A stretch of DNA of 64,000 nucleotides from Octopus sinensis (lineage: Eukaryota), in NCBI RefSeq assembly GCF_006345805.1, contig NC_043021.1:6696001-6760000 (forward strand), read 5' to 3'. Shown piece by piece: positions 13,111 to 26,241 of this stretch (within the stretch, counting starts at the first letter, position 1; the number at the start of each line of letters is the position of its first letter). A program made the position numbers and the translations under genes. The notes beneath the pieces are model-generated. The model was not told where the DNA came from. It did not search any database and saw only the letters and a program-made list of their open reading frames with translations.

Positions 13111-13754
13111 TACATACATGTATCAAGCAATCTTTTGAATGGCAAAGAAAAGTGCCAACTCATTGAGAATTACTTAACGATGTTCATTATATGTGAAGGT
13201 TACCTCTAACAAAATTATATTTGTGTTCTGTGTGCCAAGACTGTGTGTGTGTGTGTAATGCTTGCTTGGATGTTTGCAAGTTTCTAAGTTTGCAGACACA
13301 TCAAACCCTTAACAATCTTCAACAAAAACAAGCTGGAAGAGAATGCCACAGGGAAGGAGGTGGAGGCAGAAAGTAGAATCTTTTTGCCCTGCAAATTCCT
13401 CATTCCCCTCCTCATCCTCTCAACAAATAAAATTAATTTAATGGTTATTTGGCAAGAATATCAGGAAGCAAATTGTGTGTTGGGCTGAATAAATTTTGGC
13501 AGGATGTTAGAAATACTAGTGAAATATTTTTTTCCCTTCAGGGCTTTGGAGGGTTTTAAGATAAAAACCTGCTAAAAGAAATAATTTCCCCTCCCAAGAT
13601 AATTTAGGTAAAGAGGGAGAGAGGGAGGGTAGCAGTAGAGTTTATGCTTTAAAACCCAATCATAAGATTATGAGGAAACTAAAAGTGCAAAATAAGTTTT
13701 ACGGCTGAAACTAAGATGCTAAGGTGAATACTAAGATGTGTGTTTGTGTGTGTG

Positions 13755-14097
13755 TAGTAAGAAGCTTGCTTTCCAACCACAGGGTTCCAGGTTCAGTCCC
13801 ACTGCGTGGCACCCTAGGCAAATGTCTTCTATAGCTTCAGGCTGACCAATGCCTTGCAAGTGATTTTTTTAAAGATGGAAACTGAAAGAAGCTTGTGTGT
13901 GTGTGTGTCTTTGTTGCCCACTACTGCTTGACAACTGGTGTTGGTGTGTTTATACCCTGTAACTTAGCAGTTCCGGGTTCAGTCCCACTGCGTTGCACCT
14001 TGGTCAAGTGTCTTCTACTATAGCCTCAGGCCAACCAAAGCCTTGTGAGTGGATTTGGTAGACAGAAACTGAAAGAAACCCGTTGTATGTATGTATG

Positions 14098-14132
<35 letters not shown>

Positions 14133-14150
14133 TCATCATTTAGCGTCCGT

Positions 14151-14187
<37 letters not shown>

Positions 14188-14420
14188 ATGTATCTATGTA
14201 TGTGTGTGTGTTTGTGTGTCTGTCTGTCCCCCCCAACATCGGTTGACAACTGGTGCTGGTGTGTTTACGTCCCCGTAACTTAGCAGTTCAACAAAAGAGA
14301 CCGATAGAATAAGTACTAGGCTTACAAAGAATAAGTCCTGGGTTCGTTGTGCTCGACTAAAGGCAGTGCTCCGGCATGGCCACAGTCAAATGACTGAAAC
14401 AAGTAAAAGAGTAAAGTGAG
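13755..14420 (+). mobile_element. SINE family A, two-headed composite
   Basis: An older head plus a second head and tail; the internal microsatellite holds an inverted RTE-tail remnant (catcatcatttagcgtccg). Confidence 0.8.
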
Positions 14421-14731
14421 AGAGATGTCAAGGAGACAAACACTTACACCCCCCCCTTATCTCTCTTTCCGTCACACTCTCTCTCTCTCCCTTTCTCTAT
14501 CTGTCTCTTTCTCTCACTCACAAACAGACACACATGCACATTTGGCTGACTACCAAATCCACTAACAAGCTTCGGTCAGCCTGAGGCTATAGTAAAAGAC
14601 ACTTACCCAAGGTGACAACACAGTGTGACTGAATTGGAAACCTTGTTGTTGGGAAGCTAAGTGCTTAACCCCACAGACACGTCTACACCTTTATAGTATA
14701 TTACTAATGCTGTTATTATAATAATTTCTAA

Positions 14732-15112
<381 letters not shown>

Positions 15113-15971
15113 TGACTTAACGTTTTTTTTTTTCCCTTTCATCAACCTGGTGGCTATCCATAACCCCCTTTACCCCCCATCAAATATTCTACTTTTTTTT
15201 TTTTTTGATTCCTTGACCTTCCTCCCACCCTTCCCCATCTTTCAAAAAAGCCCCACCCACCCCTGTCCAGCCCAACCCAACCCAACCCAACCACTGTTCA
15301 TGATTCAGCTTTTAACTTGTTTTAAAATTTTCTTTTTCTTTCATCCAACCATCTATTTCTAACCCCCATCCCAACACCTTATCACCATCCTTGTTTTCAC
15401 ATCTAGTTTTCTATGATTGGGTTAGATGGCAAGAAAACAGCGTTTTATTGCCAAAATGCTTCATCTGATGCCATCCCCTTTAGTCACCCAATATTGACAT
15501 GCAGGGATACAGTACACCTGTTTAAAAAAAAAAAAAGAGAAAGAATTGGGAGAAAAAATAGCAAAATCATTTTTCTAACTCCACAAAATTTCATATTATT
15601 TACATTAGTCAGACTGGTGTTTCTCATCTTGACAGTTGCTTTCACTATGTTTCAGCTGTTGTTTCACTCCAGCCTCCTTTGGGTGTCTTATTTTGAACTT
15701 GGTTGTTGTATCGGAATTTCAAACCTCAGCCTGTTTTTGATCCACCTCCTAAGCAGAGATGACTACAATATAGGAAGCAATAACTTAGAAAGAAAAGAAC
15801 AGACTTCCACAACAGTCATAATAACAATAGATTACATAGACATTAGGCTTGTAAGCCTTTGAAATTCACTCTGTCAACTGCTTACAAGCATAGTGTGGTG
15901 GATAAAGGCATTGGTGAATGCAGTGCAGTCAGCTAGAGGTTCTGAGTTCAATCTCAGGCAAGGCAGGGTAA

Positions 15972-16303
15972 GACTCCCTTAAGTCATGAATGACCATGGG
16001 ATTGCACTTAGAAAGTTACTCACTGAGGTACAAGTCTGGGCAAGGTTGTTTTCTGGAAGACCAGCAGTCGCCCATGCATGCCAGCCTCCTCTCCTCTCTC
16101 TGTGCCACTGATGTTATCCAAGGGAAAGGTGAGGGACAATACAGCTTGGCACCTGTGATGTCGCAACTCATTTCTACGGCTGAGTGAACCTGAGCAACTT
16201 GAAATAAAAAGTGTCTTGCTCGAGGAAACAACACACAGCCCAGTCCGCGAATTGAACTCACTACTTCATGATTGCGAGCCCGATGCTCTAACCACTGAGC
16301 CAT
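15972..16303 (-). mobile_element. tRNA-derived SINE family E (CORE-like body)
   Basis: Minus strand head atggctcagtggttagagc...gagttcaattc, followed by gtgttgtttcctcgagcaagacac; related copies at about 9375-9652 and 46880-47062. Confidence 0.8.
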
Positions 16304-16557
16304 AGTGAATTCAACAACAAATCAACTGAAGCAAAAAAAATGTCATGAAAAGCAGAGTGGAATGGGAACAGTGTCCTGCCCGTAGATCAAATGAAGGACT
16401 AGTTTTGAAATTACGAAACAGCTGAGTTCAACGCAGGGCGCACAAAGAAGGCTGGAGCATACAGTAATCAAAATGAAGATACCAGTCTGATTAATAATGC
16501 AAATAGTGTACATAATATTTATTCCTCATCTCAGAAGCATAGAATTGTGTTGTCCGC

Positions 16558-17081
16558 AAAACTGGTGTTGTCTTACAAACCAGTTTCAAGGCAGGGTTTT
16601 CTGTCAGTCACTGGCGGCTATTCTTGCACTCTCGGCCCCACGTTCTTAAATATGCTACCTTTTATATATACATACATACATACATATTGCTGAGTCTTCC
16701 TTACCCGGCTTCATATCAAGGCATCATTTCACTTTCATAGACAGACCATTGTGTTTCTACCAAGTTTAGGACAGAAAAGTAAATAAATATGTAGCGCATA
16801 ACAAATGATGGTAACTGTAAAAACTGGTGTTGTCTTACAAACCAGTTTCAAGGCAGGGTTTTCTGTCAGTCACTGGCGGCTATTCTTGCACTCTCGGCCC
16901 CACGTTCTTAAATATGCTACCTTTTATATATATATACATACATACATATTGCTGAGTCTTCCTTACCCGGCTTCATATCAAGGCATCATTTCACTTTCAT
17001 AGACAGACCATTGTGTTTCTACCAAGTTTAGGACAGAAAAGTAAATAAATATGTAGCGCATAACAAATGATGGTAACTGTA
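16558..17081. repeat. 262-bp head-to-tail tandem duplication
   Basis: Units 16558-16819 and 16820-17081 differ by a single C/T inside a TA/CATA microsatellite. Confidence 0.95.
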
Positions 17082-17696
17082 AATTGCATTCGAAGCAGTT
17101 TTTGAAATATTGATTTTTGCAACAGCAACAGCCATGATGACGATAACAATGACAGGAGCAGCAATATCTGTCAATATGTCACAGAAATTCACATTCAAAA
17201 ATCTCCAGCTTTGTATTTTTTAAACAGTGATCTTTAGTGTAAATTTTTGTCAGAATTTCTTTCTTGTTTCCTTACTTGATAATCTTATTATTTACTTTTC
17301 CCCGTTTTCCTTTTTTTAGTTCTTTTCCTGTTTTTTCTTTTCTTCTTTGTTTTCAGTTTCAGCTTTCAAAAATTATCTTAGAGATTAACCCTTTAGCATT
17401 TAACGGTCATATCTGGTCAAAATGTCCCACCTGTTTTATGCCCAAATTAGCCACATCTGGCCTCTCACACCGACCCTACAATATCATTTCTAAAGATTTA
17501 AGTTGCTTCATCAAAATCTCAAAAGCTACAAAATAAATTCAAAACATTTTGAATAAATAAACATTACATTTGACAAAATTATGTGAAAGCTAAAGGGTTA
17601 AGAAGTTGGGAAGATATGGGCGAAGTCTATTTTGTCCATTTGATTACGATTTTTGGTTCTATCTGATGGTCTGTGGCCATCCTAGGATTACCATCT

Positions 17697-17925
17697 TTAA
17701 CCCTTTAGCATTTAAACCGGCCATATCCGGCCAAAAATATTCTACCTGTTTTATGTTCAAACTGGCCAGATCTGGTCTCTCACACCAACCCTACAATATT
17801 GTTTTAAAAATTAACAGCTACCTCATCAAAATCTCATAGCTACAAGATAATGCCTGATTAGTTCAAAACAATGTGGATAAAAAAGGATTAATTTTGGCAG
17901 AATAATGCGAACACTAAAGGGTTAA
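17697..17925. mobile_element. piggyBac-type MITE family 1, intact example
   Basis: TTAA at both ends and perfect CCCTTTAG/CTAAAGGG TIRs; a sister copy lies 95 bp upstream (17385-17601). Confidence 0.88.
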
Positions 17926-18095
17926 ATCAACATGAAAGGACTTGTACCATTGTGTTGGCCCTTTTAAAAATATTTTAAACTGACTTAGCTTTCAGCTCTT
18001 CTGAATCTTAATGATACCATATGGCATTAGTTATCACTTAACTGTAGTGTTAAATGGATAAGGAGATAATTCGCCCTTGGACAGAAACACTAGAC

Positions 18096-18355
18096 TAGTG
18101 GGTCTCAACCATTTTTCCTTTATGGATCCCTTTGATTCCTATTTGACTTTGGTGGATCCTGCCCCGTTGCCTTTTGGTGTTTTTTAAAAAAAAAACTCAT
18201 ATATTTTACAATTAAATGTCATTAGGAATTTTATTTAAAAAATGTTAATGTTTTGTGAATTGTAGAAGTATAACAAATTTATTGCAGATAAATAACAAGA
18301 AAATCTTACATGGACCCCCACCAAGGGCCATATAGATCCTAGTTGAGAACCACTG
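18096..18355. mobile_element. hAT MITE
   Basis: TAGTGGGTCTCAACC...GTTGAGAACCACTG with exact 8-bp TSD CACTAGAC. Confidence 0.88.
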
Positions 18356-19929
18356 CACTAGACTTGTAGGAAGCCTTTCCCAAACTATTTGCTGAACTCT
18401 GCACTGCATTTCATTGTGTATTTGGGGAGTACACCATACTATGTGTTTGAAGAGTACACTAATTCATTGAGTATTTGGGTACTATAACAATCCAGTTCAC
18501 ATTACCTCTTTTAGTTGTTGGAAATGTGTACCTGATCTTCATCTGGAGAATGTTACCTTGGAAGGTAACTGGCACCCTATCCCATGGGAAATTTATATTC
18601 TATCTGCTTCATACCATAAAACTAAAGTCAAGTATCAGTCCCCAAAGATCCATTGGAATGTTTAAGGAAACATTTGAATTAGATTTACAATACAATAATT
18701 CATTAATATTAATCTCTCTTCAATTTAGAAAATGTATAACATTTAAATTAACTGCTAAGATTTTGATGTCCAAAGATAATGAGAGCCAACGTACTGGCCA
18801 ATTTATGTTGTGGAAATTAAATAGCGAAATTAAAAATAGCCAAAAGATTTTCTAGTTAATGGTAGGATGTAGTGCAAATTGTACCATGATTGCCCGACAA
18901 CCAATAGATATATGTTTTTAGTTTTTGTTAGAGGTCCTATAATATCTTTGTGAGAAGAAGAAAAGTTGTTTAATGACCTCTTTCAGAGTCTTTGAGACTG
19001 GCAAGAGAAAAGTGCCAGACTAAAGATCTGGCCTAAATACTTGCTACAGAGTGGAATTCATTAAGGCCATGCAAGGATCTAGTGGTAGTGTTAAGCTAGA
19101 AGATGGTTCAAGTCTCATCATCATAAATGAAATGGTCCTTTTAACAGGCTTCCTCACAGTTTTTGTTTATCAAATTTCACTTGGATAGCTTTGGCCTCCA
19201 ATAACAAGGCTGTGCTAGAAGATACTTTACTAAAAAGGTGCATCACAGTGGAACTGAACTTGAAGCCATATAGTTGCAAAGCAAATTCCTTAGAATCCAT
19301 TTCAACATATTACTACTGCTTGTTATTTTATCCATCCTACCAAAAGAGGAATGAAAGAAATCAAACTTCAACATGATTTGAACTCAGTGTGTGGTACACA
19401 GTACATTTCTGGTCAATTTCCAACCACCCACCTTTTTTTAAAAGAGAAAACGTACCACTGGCAGTGATGAGATTTACAATTGGTGCTTAGACGGTATAAT
19501 ATACTTGTTAGGTATGTATTAGTGATTGGCATTCCGTTAAGTTCCTAAAGGATAAACCTCCTTTCTCTCTGTGAAGTTTATACTTCAACTCTGTGTCAGT
19601 TTCTTTGATGTCCCCGCGTTTTAGCAAACCTTGGTTTCTGTCTTACAGCAACAACAACAACAACAACTGCAGTGACAACACTCTTAAGGGTTCTTCTACC
19701 ACTAAACGCCTGTTGAGCCGTTGATTAAGTTGGTTTGGGGGGAAACTCAGCTGCCAGGATCAATCATTAATCTCTCACTGACACACACACACATACAGCC
19801 ACACGCACGTAAACGGATGCATATACCTGTCCTTATAGGTTGCTGACTGGGAAAATCAATATTATTTGAGCTAATAATTCTAATGCCAGCCATAAAGAAT
19901 CTCATTTCCTTTTCACTGCCACACTCTTT

Positions 19930-20531
19930 CTTTCCTCTATTTATCTTTCTCTCCTCTCTTATTCCCTTACAAAACTCAAATCACTTTCCTTCTCTCCTCT
20001 CTCTCTCTCTCTCTCACCAACCCTCTCTCTTTCTTTCTCTTTTCTATCTCTTGCCAACCCTACTATCTCTTTCATTTTCTCCTCTGTCTCTCACCAACCT
20101 TATCTCTTTCTTTTTCTCCTGTTTCTCATGAACCCTATCTCTTTCCTTCCCTCCTATCTCTCACCAACCTTATCTCTTTCTTACTCTCCTTTGTCTCTCA
20201 CCAACCCTATCGCCATCTTTCTCTCCTCTCTATCTTCAGGTCTCTCCCCCATCTCTTTCTCTCCTTCATTTCTTTCTTTCTCTCCTTTGTCTCTCACCAG
20301 CCTTATCTCTTTCTTACTCTCCTTTGTCTTTCACCAACCCTATCTCCATCTTTCTCTCCTCTCTATCTTCAGGTCTCTCCCTCGTCTCTTTCTCTCCTTC
20401 ATCTCTTTCTTCCTCTCCTTTGTCTCTCCCCAACCTTATCTCTTTCTTACTCTCCTCTGTCTCTCCCCAACCCTATCTCCAACTTTCTCTCCTCTCTATC
20501 TTCAGGTCTCTCCCTCATCTCTTTCTCTCCT

Positions 20532-20567
<36 letters not shown>

Positions 20568-20570
20568 ATC
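19930..20570. repeat. CT-rich degenerate minisatellite (polypyrimidine tract)
   Basis: Recurring ctcctttgtctctcaccaacc(c/t)tatctct and ctctatcttcaggtctctccc units; a similar CT tract lies at about 2210-2600. Confidence 0.9.
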
Positions 20571-22667
20571 TGCTCATCTTGCACCAGCAGCTAAATAACT
20601 ATCAGTAATTTGTGCAGCATGTCAATAATTTGCCCTGTGTTCATTGGAATTTTAAACTATTATTGATCAAAGTGTACGTCAGAAACTAGTTGATTTTATG
20701 TAATATTCCAGTAAATGAATGATGTAAGGAGGTGGAAGAGGAGGATAATAAGAATAATAATGATGATGATGATAATAATAATAATAATAATGATGATGAT
20801 GATACATTTTCCTCCTTCAGTCGTTAATTTTTTTTATATTTATTGATCTTACCTAACTTGTTGATTTCTGCTTCAGCTGATTCAACTGTTAAAATAAAAA
20901 AAAATTCTTGCAGTAACTGATTGGTAGAATTTGATTCCAGTTTTTTTTCTTTTTTTTTAAATTTTTTTTTTTAGATTTAAAAAAAAAAAAATTTATTAAT
21001 AAGCTTGCTCATTATTTCTTGTTAAATAATCATTATCTTTAATGAATCCTAGCTCACAGTAGTAGCTGTAGTAATAGCAACTACTACTGCTACTAATACT
21101 AATAATAATAACAACAACAACAACAACATCATCAGTGGCATTTTAGATAAGATGAGGAAATAGCTGTGAGCCCTTGATAACTACATTGCAGTTGTTTATG
21201 AGCTAATAAGTGAGCCTGGATGTGATTGGTTGACCTGGTAAATAGGGTAGCCAAAATCTCCCACAAATCATACACCATGCAAAAGGAAAGGGCATTGGAT
21301 AATGTACTTACAGATATAATAGAATATGAGAGAGTCATGGTTGGAATGTCTTTGATCATTGGTTTGACTAGTTAGAGTTGCCTTCATGAAACTATGTCTC
21401 TTTTATTGAGACATAGTATATCTAGGACTATATTACAGTTTCGTATTGCAGTGTAGTGTTGTTGTTGTTGTTGTTGTTGAGCTTCAGGTTACAGATCAGC
21501 CATAATTCAACAGATTTACGATCAAAGCAACCCAACCATGACATTGACATTTTTTCCTTGACATAGTGTATCTCGGGATACATTATCCAATGTGCTGTTG
21601 CTTTGTATTAACCCTTTAGTGTTTAAACTGGCTTTATCCAGCCCAAATTTTCTATCTGTAATTCTGTTGAAATCAACCTGATTTGGCCTCTCACACCTAT
21701 TCTACAATGTCATTCTAAAATGTGTTTATTTATGTAAACACATTATTGAGATCTCGAAGCTACAATACAATTAACCTAATTGAAAACAATATAATTAAAT
21801 ATTATTGCTTTCGACAGAGGAATCTGAATGCTAAAGGGTTAAGGTGTGATGTGGAAATTTGGTTGCTATTTCTAGCATGTCAAGCAACTCAATAGAACCT
21901 TCATCAACGGCTAGTTATTATTATTATCTGTGAACTACTTCCTTAATTACCGCATTCAATATCTGAAGACTTCCTCTCTCTTTCCTTCATCAACGTCATT
22001 TTCCAAAAATGTATTTCCTACTGGAAGCAAACTCTGCACAAATCTTTGCTGCAAATGTTGTTTTTATTTGTTCCTTATTTGCCATTTTCTTTTAAAAACT
22101 CTGTAATGTGCCAAATGTTAATAAATAATCCTCGACACTTCAAATTCTGTGCTCATAGAGCAAGAAACAAAAAAAAAAAAACGAAAGTTTGGATAATCTC
22201 TAAGGAATTCTACATGTTTGAACAATATTATTGCATGCAAACACAGTTATAATATCTGGCAGTTGTTGCAGAATTATTGACTTTGGAATAATTTATTCAC
22301 ATGTGCATATGCACATGCATACACACACACACACACTTACATGCACACATTGTTTCACGTTCTATCTGTTTTTCTATGCTGGCAAAGTTTGAACAAATGT
22401 TTATTTACGGCAATGTTTTATGCCTGGATGCCTCTCCTGTCACCAATCCTCACCTGTCCTTTAAAAGCAAACGGTTTTCCTTTTATTGCACTAAACTTCA
22501 AAACCGCTGAGCTACAGGATGTAATCTCTACTGGGAAATGTAAACATGACAAAAATGGGTTTTTTTTTTGGCTCAGGTAGTTTCATGCAAAAAAAGTGGA
22601 AAAAATAGCTTTCCATGTGCACATACATACACACATACATTCATGCATATAAACATATATATATATA

Positions 22668-22832
22668 GGCGCAGGAGTGGCTGTGTGGTAAGTAGCTTGC
22701 TAACCAACCACATGGTTCCAGGTTCAGTCCCACTTGCTGGCATCTTGGGCAAGTGTCTTCTGCTATAGCCCCGAGCCGACCAATGCCTTGTGAGTGGATT
22801 TGGTAGACGGAAACTGAAAGAAGCCTGTCGTA

Positions 22833-22873
<41 letters not shown>

Positions 22874-23047
22874 TTGTCCCCCTAGCATTGCTTGACAACC
22901 GATGCTGGTGTGTTTACGTCCCCGTCACTTAGCGGTTCAGCAAAAGAGACCAATAGAATAAGTCCTGCGGTCGATTTGCTCGACTAAAGGCGGTGCTGCA
23001 GCATGGCCGCAGTCAAATGACTGAAACAAGTAAAAGAGTAAAGAGTA
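22668..23047 (+). mobile_element. SINE family A
   Basis: Full head and tail, inserted after (TA)n. Confidence 0.9.
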
Positions 23048-24570
23048 TATGCATACATACATATGCATGTATGTATGTATGTACACACAAGGCAGGCTTG
23101 AGGCTATTGTTGTAGACACTTAACCAAAGTACTGCACGGTCAGATTGAACCTGAAACCTTGGTTGTGAATCAAATTTCTTACATACATGCACACACACCA
23201 CACACACACGCATGCACAGGTGAGAGTTTAATTCTCTATATCATATTCCTTAACCCGAAAAGAAAAATGCTTCTTGCCTCTTTGCAACTTAAGCGTTTTA
23301 GTATTTCTTTTTCCTTCTTTGCGACCCAGATGCTTAAAATAATGAGAAAAATATAATAGCAAGCAGTGTCAATGAGTCGTCTTACTCAAGGTCAGCTCTG
23401 CTTGAGCAGATCCTCAACATAGACGTAGCAGCTGAACAGCTAAACCGTATGACTCATTTATCTGTTGTCACTTGACAGTCAAATTGTGCACACAAACATA
23501 CAATGATTTATGGTGTGATGTGATGGGGGTGCACTGTTGCTATTTGCCCAAGCCATACTCTTTCTCTCTCTACTTTTCAAACTGTTTCTATTTGCTTGTT
23601 GTTGTTGTTGTTGTTGTGAAGCCCTAGATGCCCTCATCAGCTGAGGACCTCATCGCAAACTCCAGTACGACATGGTCTAATAGGGAGAGGTTGCTCAGTT
23701 TTGCTGCCTTCAGTCTCTCATATTAAAACCTCTCTTACTTTGTCTTTTAACCACAGCAGCTGTCTGAATTGTTAATCATGCATTCCAATTCTTGCAGGTT
23801 CATTTGTAATTAATTAATTAAGAAGTCAGGTAACGAACGACAATAAATAATTGCATCTTAATTCTTTTCTTCTGATATTTCCTTCATTAAATCAGGTTTC
23901 AGAAACTTTATTAGCTAAATATTTCATCAATTAGAGAAGGAACTGACTGAAATCTGTCAAATCTGCCTTCATTTTATTGACTCCACAGAAAGTTCCATTT
24001 GCAAATTAACCAAAAGATTTCCTGTCAAGACGATGACTCAATAGGGTCCAACTGAAATAATATAGATGGTTGCTACTTAAATATGTTATTCCACCCTGTT
24101 CCTAACTTCTATCCACCTTCCCCTGAAATCCCACTAAGCCTCCCCTCCTCAATCTCGTCACTGTGCCACCCAAACCCCCCAATTTATCTACTTTGCAATT
24201 AACTAAATTGATAAATTTGAAGTATTATATCTTAACCTTTTGGTAGCAGCACGTACTTATTTTTTGTTTGTTTTTGTTTAAATATTTTCTTTTCCTTTCA
24301 CCCAAACAGAACAGCACTTTTTTTTTTTATGTTACGTTTTTTAAAATTCAATCTGCTTATAATTTTCAGAATGTTGTCTTCAGGTATTGTCATGGCAACA
24401 TCACCGAAACCTTATCCCTATCAGCCCCTGGTAGTTAGTGTGACAGATTAGCACTTGTCTACTCTCCCCATGTGCTTACAAAGATCTACCAACTGCTTGA
24501 ACCCCTATCACTACTACTTGCTTCGATTGTTGATTATTGATACATTACATTTGCAAGACTCAGATATTAC

Positions 24571-24604
<34 letters not shown>

Positions 24605-26160
24605 GTTATTGTTATTGTGGTGAGCTGCCAGAAACATTAGCAATGCTGGGCAAAGTGCTTTATAGCAGTTCATCTGTCTCCACACTCTGCATTCAAATTC
24701 CAGCGAGGTTGACTTTGCCTTTCATCTATTTAAATATTACGGGGTCAACGAAGAAATACCAGTTGAGCACTGAGGTTGATGTAGATAAATGGCCCCTTTC
24801 CTGAACTTGCTGGCCTTGTGCCAAAATTTGAAACCATTATTATTATTATTATTTGGGAAAATCAGTTGGCAGAATTAAAGTACTGGTGAAGGACTAGAGT
24901 CGATATTATTGACTGTTCTTTTCTCCCCCAAATTTTAGATTTTGCACCCGTGTTGCAGTTATTCCTTTGGGTTGATGGGCATTGATTTAAATTGTCCCTT
25001 GTCTTTTTGGGGTCAATAAAATAAAGCACCAGAAAAGCATTGGGTTCAGTGATATCAAATTACACCCTATTCTGCTTCAAAAAAAAAAAAAAAATATTCA
25101 AGCCTTGAGCATATGCTAGAAACAATGAGGCTAGCAGATTGGTGGAAATGTTAGTGCATATTGCAATATTGAGTTACGGTGCTTTATGTTCTGAGTTCAA
25201 ATCCCAATGAAGCCAACTTTGCCTTTCAACCTCACAGAGTCAAAATAAAAGTACCAGTCAAGTACTGAAATCAGTAATATTGACCAAACCCTACTTTTTA
25301 TATTTGCTGGCCTTGTTAAGATCTCCAATGGTTACAGGCTGATTTGTGGAGTTATACTGTAGTCGCATATTACCCTTATTTGCATTTTCTGACCTTAATG
25401 AGTCATGTAAGGAGTTAAAACTTATCTCTCATTGTCTAGTCGTTTCTTTGTGGTCGGGTTACATTATTGGACAACATCCCCAGCTTCTTTGGGGTTTTTA
25501 GAAGATAGAGAACCAGAAAGTTTGATGGGTGTTAATGGTGATAGACTTTGTCACTTAAACTCGGTGTTCTGAGATTTTTTTAACCTCAGTATCAGTGATA
25601 GGTACAGCTGTAGAAACCATGCTAAATCAGATTATAGCGTAGTGCAGCTCCCTGGCTTACCTGTTTTTAGTCAAACCGTCCAACCCATGCCAGCATGGAC
25701 ATTAAGTGATGATGATGATTTTAACGGACATTAAATAATGATAATGATGGTAATCTGGGGGAATGTAATAGCAACTTGGATGTCTTACCTTATGACATTG
25801 GAACCATAGCTAAGCACCACCCACCCCTTAGGACACTTCTATTAAATTAATTAATTTCTACAATTTGCTGACCTGTTTGCTTTTAAATGTAAATTTTTTC
25901 TTTTTAATCATTTAATCTTTTGTTATTTTTTTATGTCTTTCATTTATTCATGCTGTAACTTTGATTTTATTTCATTGACCAAGTAGTATTTCATTATGTC
26001 TGGATCTTCTTTGCATCAGATTGCTTCTGTGATGAGTTTGTGTTCAAACTGAAAACAAATGTGGATTGTTTGTATTGTTTTTTTTGTTTTTTTTACCTTC
26101 GCTCATATTTTCAGATATATATATATAAATATATAAGTTCAGCAAAAATTTAGATTCAAA

Positions 26161-26241
26161 TGGCTGATGAGTACTCAGCATTTTAAATCTGTTGTAATAC
26201 TTACAACATTTAATAAAATGATGTACGAAACGATCGTACCA
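26161..26241 (+). ncRNA. Type I hammerhead ribozyme motif with extended stem II, sense to HIPK
   Basis: UGG-CUGAUGA(26164-70)-GUAC...GUAC(26223-26)-GAAA-C-GAUC-GUA(26236-38)-CCA: complete consensus core; palindromic ACGAUCGU stem III. Confidence 0.72.

Noticed and set aside
26028-26065. C/D snoRNA-like TGATGA...CTGA
   Set aside because: The boxes are only about 13 nt apart and there is no terminal stem.
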